DNA of 64,000 bases from Ascidiella aspersa (lineage: Eukaryota), in the NCBI GenBank assembly GCA_963924565.1, contig OZ004615.1, positions 14,508,001 to 14,572,000 of the forward strand, read 5' to 3'. Positions 38,201-64,000 of this stretch are shown here, piece after piece. Below the pieces are notes generated by a model. It was not told the DNA's origin. It saw only the letters and a program-made list of their open reading frames with translations, and searched no databases. A program made the translations under genes and the position numbers. Numbering within the stretch: position 1 is the first letter of the stretch; each line of letters starts with the position of its first letter.

Positions 38201-39277
38201 AACTCCCAGACAAAAATGTGGTAGGATACTAGACTTATGCTGGCCCGCTTCCTTAGGGGGGCGCAAGCTCTATTTAACTTTTATAAATGATTTTGTTATT
38301 TCCATGTTGCGTTTGCTCGTTGTTAATTCTGCAAAAAAAATTGTTCATGAATTTGCTATTTACGAGCTTTTGGTCTGCTATGTTGTAATACTTCACATTA
38401 TAAACAATTTGTTACTTAAAATGTTCAATTTGTTACTAATTATTTTTGTACATTGCGTTTGGTGGGAAACCTGTCATTCTTATATCAAAGTAGGTTAGCG
38501 ACGATGAACTCAGATTTTTTTTCGTGAAGTTTTAATGTAGGCCTATAAACACAATTTTATATCACTTTGTGTGATTAAGATTTCATTTTTTTATTTTGTG
38601 TTGTCTCACTAATGTGTATTCAAAAAATACTTTATAGTATGATAATTTTATTGACTATTAAAGGGGTGGACAAGGCGCAGTGCAATTATTAAAGGGGTTG
38701 TGGGGTGCGTTAAAAAAAGGTTATGAACCACTGCTTTACAAAATTGACATTACAAAAAAGTCTTGCCCAGTATTAGTCAGCAAGCTATTTAAGTTTACAC
38801 AGTATTAATCAGCAAGGTATTGACTTTTCACAGCAGAAAATGGCACAAAAATATACAAACATATTGTTTCAATGAACGCTTATAATACCTTAAGGAATAT
38901 ATACTGAAATGCTATTGTAAATCCAATTCCAGGCTTGCATACTACGAATCCTAACCACATTTCCCAATTATCACTTAAATGTAAATGTATAACATTTAGA
39001 CACCTTATTTTCTGGAAACTACAAATATGCCAGGTTCTATTTCAATTCTATAAAAAAAAAATATATGTATACTATTTATGTTCTAAAAAGCATCCAAAAA
39101 AGTTAACAAAAAGTTTTGATCATAATTTGTGTGACTGGCGTGTAAAAATGTTTGAAACATGGCATCAATTCATAGGCAAAATATATTTTTTACTTTTATC
39201 TGTATTAAGTTAGCTTTTAGACTAAAGATGTTGGTTCTTTGTGATATGATTAGAACATGTATACTCACAAGTCAGAA

Positions 39278-40047
39278 CATAGGCGCCGAACTTTTAAAAA
39301 TCAAGGGCGTTTTTTCAAAATCAGTACAAAATGTTTAGTTGTCAGAAATCACTACCAAAACTTAACAGTATTTGGAAAACCAATTTAGCGCTTCTGTGTT
39401 TTGTTGTTAAAACAATCCCTTGATCTATCGTAATTTTCTTCGTAACGAATAGCAAATGTGGTCTCTAAAATGATGAAGTGTAACATATATTGGCGAACTA
39501 CTCATTTCACAACATAGAAATGACTTTCATGCTGATCTCTGTCAGTGAACAATATAATTTGTCCTCGATTATTTATTTGCACTGCTGAATGTAAACGCTT
39601 TAAGTTATACTTGCTGACAAAGTGGTAACATACATAAAAATGTGGCGAGCGAAGCGAACACAAAATTTTTGTGGTCTACCCGTATTATTTTTAATTGCCT
39701 GCAAGATTTTTTACATAGGTTTCTTTGTTGCGGTATCTTGGGCGTCACAGCCTGTTTTAAGATCGTCACAGCCTGTTTTAAGATTTAGGAATTGTTACGT
39801 CACACAACACAGTGTGTAAAATGGAGTTCGGCAAACTTTTTCTAGACTCGTGTCAATGCTAAACCTAAAATGTCTCGGCGGGCCCGTATTAATTTTAACT
39901 GACTATTTAAAATGGGTCTAATTAAAATAAGAAAAAGCCGTTCAACTCTATTTACAAGTGCGACTTCAAATTCCAGGATGTTTTGACGCCCTGCCAGAAA
40001 TCCAGGGCGTCTAAAAACGCTCTGCACACCCACGTTTGGCACCTATG
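39278..40047. mobile_element. hAT-type MITE with CATAGG termini
   Basis: TIR CATAGGCGCCGAAC / GTTTGGCACCTATG and perfect 8-bp TSD AGTCAGAA. Internal 21-bp tandem duplication at 39743-39784. Confidence 0.85.
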
Positions 40048-40269
40048 AGTCAGAATATTATTTTATAAAGTATCATTTAGATTAACTGCCTAGTTGTTTC
40101 ACTGTGCCTACTACAACATCTGCACTCTGAATTTCCGTTTTTAAACTACATGTCAAATGTTGTTTATTAAAAATAAATAAATGTTCTTTATGTTTTGTAG
40201 AATTTACTATATAAATCTTAGTTAATGCCATTTGACAAATTCATTTCCATTAATCACTGAACACCTGTC

Positions 40270-58007
<17,738 letters not shown>

Positions 58008-59569
58008 TGCTGGCCGATCAGCAAACGTGGCAAACTCGACGTATGCTAAAATTTTGCCGTTGCCCAAAGCCAGAAACTCGATATTGCAAATTGTGTGTTT
58101 TAACGAATCCCAGTAGGCTTTGGTGGTTAAACCAGAGAAAAAAACATCCACGTTTCTAACCCAAATTGTTAGTAGCACGTTACTTACCTTAAACTAAATC
58201 CGAAGTTCGAAACATAAAACTGACAAATCGCGGTTCCTGAATTTCCGTTTTCCTGTACGGACACCTATTCATCCATTGTGGTAGTGACGATCGTGTGCCT
58301 TTTTTGAGCTGATCTATTTTTTCAATTGTTCCCCAGCATTGTGGTTTACTGAACGCCGTTCCATTGTACGCAAAAGACCATGTGCCTACACTGCCTTCGT
58401 TTTTGGAATTGTGAAAATAATAGGCGAAAGTTCAAAACACTTTTAAAACGTGTTTTTTAAAACGCGAACAAAAATCACTTATCTCTCGTTTCTTGCGCAT
58501 ACCAACAGTCCACTGCTCCATATCCTCTTTAAATTTGACGTCCACAATAGGTGCACTCAGCTCTTGCTAACATTTATTTACGAATAAGCCGCCGGTATGC
58601 TCTCTTTAAATGGGAAAAGCAATTTTGTGCCTGAAACGTTTCTGCCAGCAGAACTTTTCCCTTCGCTTTTCGTGCCTCATTTTTGTCGCGTTCGTTCCTC
58701 TTTGTGAATTTCTTTCAAACCGCCGCCGTACGTCGCGTTCTATTACTATTTTCAAGTGTGTAGAAATGTATGAAAAGTGAGTTTTCGCGCCAGTTTCTAG
58801 TGATAGCAGGGTCATTGTTGTTTTTGTCTTTGCTTTTCGATACGAGTGAGTATCGTTATACTCCATGCTTATTGCCTCTTTGTATCTGTCGTTTGAAGCC
58901 TTTATATTCTATATATTACGTAATGCTTACCGATGATGATTTAGTTTGTCGAGTTTTGCTCTTGTCATATACGGCGATTTACACCATCACGTTATGCAAG
59001 CCTGACTCTTGCGCTTTACGTGAGGAATTAAGCAATCGATTGTCTGGCCTGCTATTATTAAACTGTATCGCGCTTTTAGAACACAAACTACTGCCTGTTG
59101 TAAGTCATAGCGATTTTTATCATTACCAAGTAGAACTATATAGGGAAGCATTGCATTAAGATTTCACACGTGTTAGTTACATTGGTGGCGGTACGTAAAC
59201 TTCATTCGTGGGCGCTAAAAATAATCAAAGATATGTAACACTTTTTATTTACCATGCGATAATTGACTAATTAAAATATCATCTCGCGTCGGCCTGTTCC
59301 CTATGATTGGAACCTTCAGGACATAAATGTTTTTCTCTTTATCCGGTATTCTTTTTGTGTATTGCGCGTTCAATCTCTCTATAGTTAACTGATTGGCAGT
59401 ATGAATCAGACCTAGATTTACTACTTTTGCTTTGTTTGTGTGTGTGTATGTTTTCAGCAAAGCCTATTGTACAGGACCGACTTACTCCTAATAGAGTTAG
59501 TTGCTAAATGTATGCTGCTTTTATACGCCAGCGTAAACTAGCGACCCAGCTATTTCTTTCCACGTGACT

Positions 59570-59575
59570 AATAAA
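59570..59575 (+). terminator. Candidate PKN polyadenylation signal (about 1.6-kb 3' UTR)
   Basis: AATAAA followed by GT-rich CGTGTGTTTT about 20 nt downstream. Confidence 0.45.
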
Positions 59576-60084
59576 AACACAGAAGTAGCTTCGTGTGTTT
59601 CATTCGGAATCGTTTATGTGTGAGTGGTTCAAGCATGGCGGGACATAAAATTCTTATATACCGATTATATTAAAAACGTTTGCTATTTATTTTTGGGGGT
59701 TTTGGACGAAAATTATTGGGCATTTAAGCCGTGGTTAACGATCTAACGTAACTTCTACATTGAAAACATACGAAAACGTTTTACGGATACTTTATATTAT
59801 ATATATCCAGGAAAAAGTCGGGTGTTACGGCTAGTGATTATTAAAAAAAGTCGCCGTTGTAAAAATCAATGATTTTGTTTTGTTAGTTTTGACAGATTGA
59901 TTTTACATAACCAAGCTGCTTAACTAGATTGTGGTTGGATCGAAAAAGTAACGAATGTTAAGTAGCAAACACCTGGAAACGCAAAACGTTCCAGACGAGA
60001 GTAGTAGGCCTAGGCTTAATCTGTAGTATTCATACTTAACTATCAACTATATTTCTGAACAGTGGAGTTACGAGTTGCCTTGCT

Positions 60085-61010
60085 AACAACTTAAGCCAAA
60101 TTCGATTCGGTTTAAAATACCTTGGTTAGTTTATATAGTCCGGGAGCTAGCAGAGATTTAAATAGCATGTCGAGTACAAAAGGTTTGACTATTTAGAGCA
60201 GCGGTTCCCAAACTAGGGTCCGCGGACCAAATGGGGTCCGTAAAGCATTTTCAAAGGGTCCGTGAGGAGAGTTAGTCTTTAAGCTGCTCAACATTATAGG
60301 CTTTAGCGAATGTTTTTAAACATTAGTCTAAGTTTTAAACATTGTCTGTCATCATGATTGTCTTTAGATATGCTTAATTATTCGATCATATAGCGTGTTT
60401 TATGATGTCTCTTGTGACATCATAAAGCATCTACTATGCTGTACTATCTGCTATCAGCGAATCGTTCACATTAGTTAGAAAGTTGTTACATTAGAATGAA
60501 TAGTATTGCACTAGTGTACTACAAGAAACATGGGTCAACTGACCCTTGAATTTTTATAGGGCCGCGAAATTTCAAAATAATTGCAACGGGTCCGCCAAGC
60601 AAAATTTTTAGAAAAGTTTGGGAACCGCTGATTTAGAGCATATAAGGGCCCCACATGGACCCCAAAAGGCCGGTCTTAAGTTATGAATTTGGTGCGTTTA
60701 GAAAGGGGGGCTGTTGAAAAAAACCCAAAATTTCGGTTTAAATATCATGTCGAGTACATCGATCAAACCTATCTTAAATGTTGCGCCACATGTCAGTGGT
60801 CAATAAATGGCCGATCTTAAGTGCGGGAATGGTGCAAAACCCATTAAAGACCACCCTTTATGCGGGTCACCATGTCACTTTTAAATATCATTTCGAGTAC
60901 ATTAATTAAACTGGGTGAAAAGAAACTTTATATCCCCCTGTAACAGGAATGGTAAGTCTTAAGTTGAGGCTTTGGTGCAAAATACATTTAAGACCGGGTC
61001 AAATGTAGCA
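60085..61010. repeat. Diverged ~141-bp tandem repeat (3-4 units) interrupted by a MITE
   Basis: TCTTAAGT...TGGTGC recurs at 60674, 60815 and 60957. TAAATA(T/G)CAT(G/T)TCGAGTACA recurs at 60159, 60739 and 60882. Confidence 0.7.
60199..60630. mobile_element. hAT (Buster/Charlie-type) MITE, intact
   Basis: Perfect TIR CAGCGGTTCCCAAACT / AGTTTGGGAACCGCTG and perfect TSD ATTTAGAG. Confidence 0.9.
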
Positions 61011-61255
61011 CATGTAACTTCTCATAAATGCCGATAGAGGGCGCTATGTTTAGTTTTGATAGCGTTAAATATAGGAATCAAACACAAGAAACAGTCATAT
61101 AAATATCATGTACATTCCGATCACTATCTAGTAGTATACATATAATGCATAAATTTATCTGAAGTTATGAATAACCGCATAGTAATTGGCACAAATTGCG
61201 TTATACCTGTAAAACAAATACGTTACAATCACAAACATTGCGTTACTCTGCCATC

Positions 61256-61630
61256 TGTCATCGACCCTTGTGACGTGTTATTCCTATTGTGATATCTTAT
61301 GGTGCGACCAGCTAATCTGTAGTAACCTGTTGTTTTGACGTGAATTTGTGGCAAGGCGTGGTGTAGGATTCTACATAAACTAAGCTAGGAAAAAACATCT
61401 GCAGTCTTTGCTGTACCGTATCAGTTTTAGGTTTGTCATCACAGAAAAGCAACTTTAGGATATCTCACCTAAAAGTTTGTTACAATTGGGGGCTCGTCCG
61501 GGATCTGTTCCATTGAAATGTGTTGGCTGTTGACCTAGTTTTATATGGTGGTGAAGCAAGAAAACGAGATGGAAAAGATTGCTGAAGTTGGTAAGCAACT
61601 GTGCTTGACTGGACCCGATTTCGCGAAGTT
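61256..61630 (+). mobile_element. Gypsy LTR retrotransposon relic: LTR end, tRNA-Pro PBS and gag start
   Basis: ...GTTACA (61484), 2 nt, then TGGGGGCTCGTCCGGGAT (61487-61504), the 18-nt complement of the tRNA-Pro 3' end. ATG at 61569 gives MEKIAEVGKQLCLTGPDFAKF. The LTR start is uncertain. Confidence 0.7.
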
Positions 61631-62159
61631 CAGGATTAGGTTTAGGATTAGGACATTGTTGGTGTGAAATACGGACAAAAATGGGAATTAAAGGAGTTAA
61701 ATGGGGACCGGCCAAAATTCCTTACAAATTTACAAAACGGTTAGTCGTTAACAGCAGTGCAATAATAAAGCTTTCCGTAAATTCTATTTCCTTTTTCCAA
61801 AACTGCAACACCAAAATTTGATTACCGGAATTCTGTGGATGTTTTGCAAAAAGCTATGTAAAAAGTTATGATACCGCTGAAAAGTAGAAATACTTTGCCT
61901 GTAACCTATTGTAAACCTAGCACAAATTTTATTGTAAGTAGGCCTCAATTTTAATTTGGAACTAAAGCGCACTATACTGGTACTACACCTGACGCTTTTG
62001 TGCTGCACATAATTATTGTAGAAATACACATCAAAATATTTTTTTTTTGGATTTACGTTGGTAAAGTTGGTATAAATAAAGTTTGGAGGCCTCGTGAGTC
62101 CGCCGTGGTTTGACTTCATCCCACAATGTTTCAAATAAATACGGCCAAATTAGGACGAC

Positions 62160-62545
62160 ACACAGGTTCCTATCAGCCTATGTGTAACGGGTTGTAGAAA
62201 AATTTAACAGGACCAATTTAACTACTTTACGGATGGACGATTCGCGGTTCAATGTAAAAAAACTAAAGGAAATGTGAACTAACCCAGACACGGATACGAA
62301 AGGTCAAGCTACCAGTGTGTTATTAATCTAAGAAATAAGATTGAGACGACTCTATCACTGGCCAAAGAAGAGCTCAAGGGAGAGATACAAGAGGTATTAT
62401 ACAAAAAGGCCAAACCACGGTGGATGGAAGTCGGTGATAAAACTCTACTGCTGCTGAACAAGTTGCTTCTCTAATGAAATGGCCCATTCACAGTTGTGGA
62501 GAGACGAGGACAGTGTGATTATGTTCTGAATGTGAATGAAAAAAA
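62160..62545 (+). mobile_element. Gypsy integrase pseudogene fragment (core end plus GPY/F region)
   Basis: Frameshifted translation: YQPMCNGL/EKFNRT, LLYGWTIRGSM, SSYQCVINLRNKIETTLSLAKEEL, KKAKPRWMEVGDKTLLLL, NGPFTVVERRGQCDY. Confidence 0.8.
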
Positions 62546-64000
62546 TCGTGGTATTAGTTTAGAACATTGCCTCGATGCGACAGATAAGTCTCCTCGCAGC
62601 CAGCATTCGAGTTCTTTGTCTGTTAGAACGCCTTTTTCAAGCGTTTTCCACGGTGCATTATACTCGTCGTCAAAAAGTTTTGACATCCATTTAATATTCA
62701 GCGACATAATATATGCGTCAACGTCCAACATATTTGCTCCTCCGTGTTCAGTATTTGCGCATATTTTTGTTCGCTTAACTCTCTCCCATCTATACCCCCA
62801 TATAAACTGAAATAATTTCGTTTTTAGTTTACGCATCCATGCTTCGGGCAGGTTGACCGGAAGAACACTAATTTTGTAAATTAGGGTGGGAATCACTAAG
62901 CTTTTTAGGATACAAATTCGTCCCAGAAGAGTTAGCCCCCGAGCGGACCAAATGTTTAAAACTGCACTAATTTTATTTATAACTTCACAAAAGTTAAGCG
63001 GAAACAGTTCCTTTGGGTTTTTTAGTGGAATTTTTACACCTAAGTACTTAAATGAGTGTTCTGGCCACTCGAGGCCTTTGTTCGCGTAAGGCTTTTCTGT
63101 CGAAGAGCGATTGGCTCCTATCATGAAATGCAAGCGATTTTTGCATATTGATTTTACATCCGGACATGTCTCCAAATTTATCTAGCACACCAAATATTCG
63201 TTCGAAATCTTTCTGTTTGTCTCTTAAAAAGACTAACGTATCATCAGCAAGTAGAGATACTTTAAATTCGTCTCCATTAAGTTGTAGTCCTACACATTCG
63301 TCTTTTCGCAACGCCGTTGCTAGACATTCGATACATCGCAAAAAAAGCGTCGGAGATAATGGTCGCCTTGCCTGACACCTCTTTCGATTTTAAATTCGCG
63401 CGACAAAAAGTTATTGTTGGTTATTTTACAGGTAGGTTCCCGCATTTTATCCAGTTTATTAGGTTATGTCCGAAGCCAAAATTTCCTAATGCTGCGTAAA
63501 TAAAATCCCAACCAACAGTGTCAAACGATTTGTAAATGTCCAAAGATAGTATGGAACCCGGAATTTTATAAAAATTGGAGGAATCGATAATATCAAAGAG
63601 CAGGCGAAGATTATCCCCAATATATCTACCCTTCATAAAGCCATTTTGGCCTCGACTGATTAGGAACTCAATATTGGCTTTTAACCTGTTGTTTATAACT
63701 TTTGACTCCACACTAAGCAAAGAGATGGGGCGGTGATTAGTTATCAGCGAAGGATCTTTATGTGCTTTGGGGATCAGTGTTAGGCTACTACACCTTGCGC
63801 TTGAGTTTGACTAAATTTACCGGTTTCTTCAGTATACACCCCAGCGTCGTAAAACAAGGCTTTTATCTCATGCCAAAAAGTCTGAAAAAATTCTGCCGGC
63901 AATCCATCAAGGCTCGGGGACTTATTCCTCGGCATAGTGTTAATTGCCGCTAGAATTTCCTCAAGCGTGATTAGGCGCTCGGTCGATTCTTTCTGCATTG
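62545..64000 (-). mobile_element. Tx1/L1-clade LINE ORF2 reverse transcriptase relic (frameshifted, runs off the window)
   Basis: ORF pieces 63780-63998 (KSPSLDGLPAEFFQTFW), 63421-63720 (QNGFMKGRYIGDN, LDIYKSFDTV), 63048-63341 (SLLADDTLVFL, SGCKIN) and 62519-63175 (FKYLGV, LTLLGRICILKSL). Confidence 0.92.

Noticed and set aside
60640-61010. CRISPR-like repeat-spacer array
   Set aside because: Eukaryotic context, diverged repeats, ~141-bp period and no cas genes.

Overview
AT-rich, intron-rich animal genomic DNA, most likely from an ascidian (tunicate), judged by the Lhx3 LIM sequence, compact GT-AG introns and mosaic CpG content. Three + strand spliced genes were reconstructed by hand with consistent intron phases: the 3' 16 exons of a CCDC18-like coiled-coil gene (to 16317), a complete Lhx3/4 LIM-homeobox gene with two alternative first coding exons (26998 or 30034 to 33773), and a complete protein kinase N gene (21 coding exons, 40270-58007). 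Introns and intergenic DNA carry many hAT-type MITEs, several with intact TIRs and TSDs. The last 4 kb is a nested repeat cluster: a ~141-bp tandem array, a Gypsy relic with a tRNA-Pro PBS, and a Tx1/L1-type LINE relic. The most unusual items are (1) a 332-bp TSD-flanked element carrying an internal, separately terminated tRNA-like unit and a terminal hairpin, and (2) a sharp CpG-depletion domain covering only the HR1-coding half of PKN and ending near candidate intronic poly(A) sites. All coordinates and counts are manual and no database searches were run.
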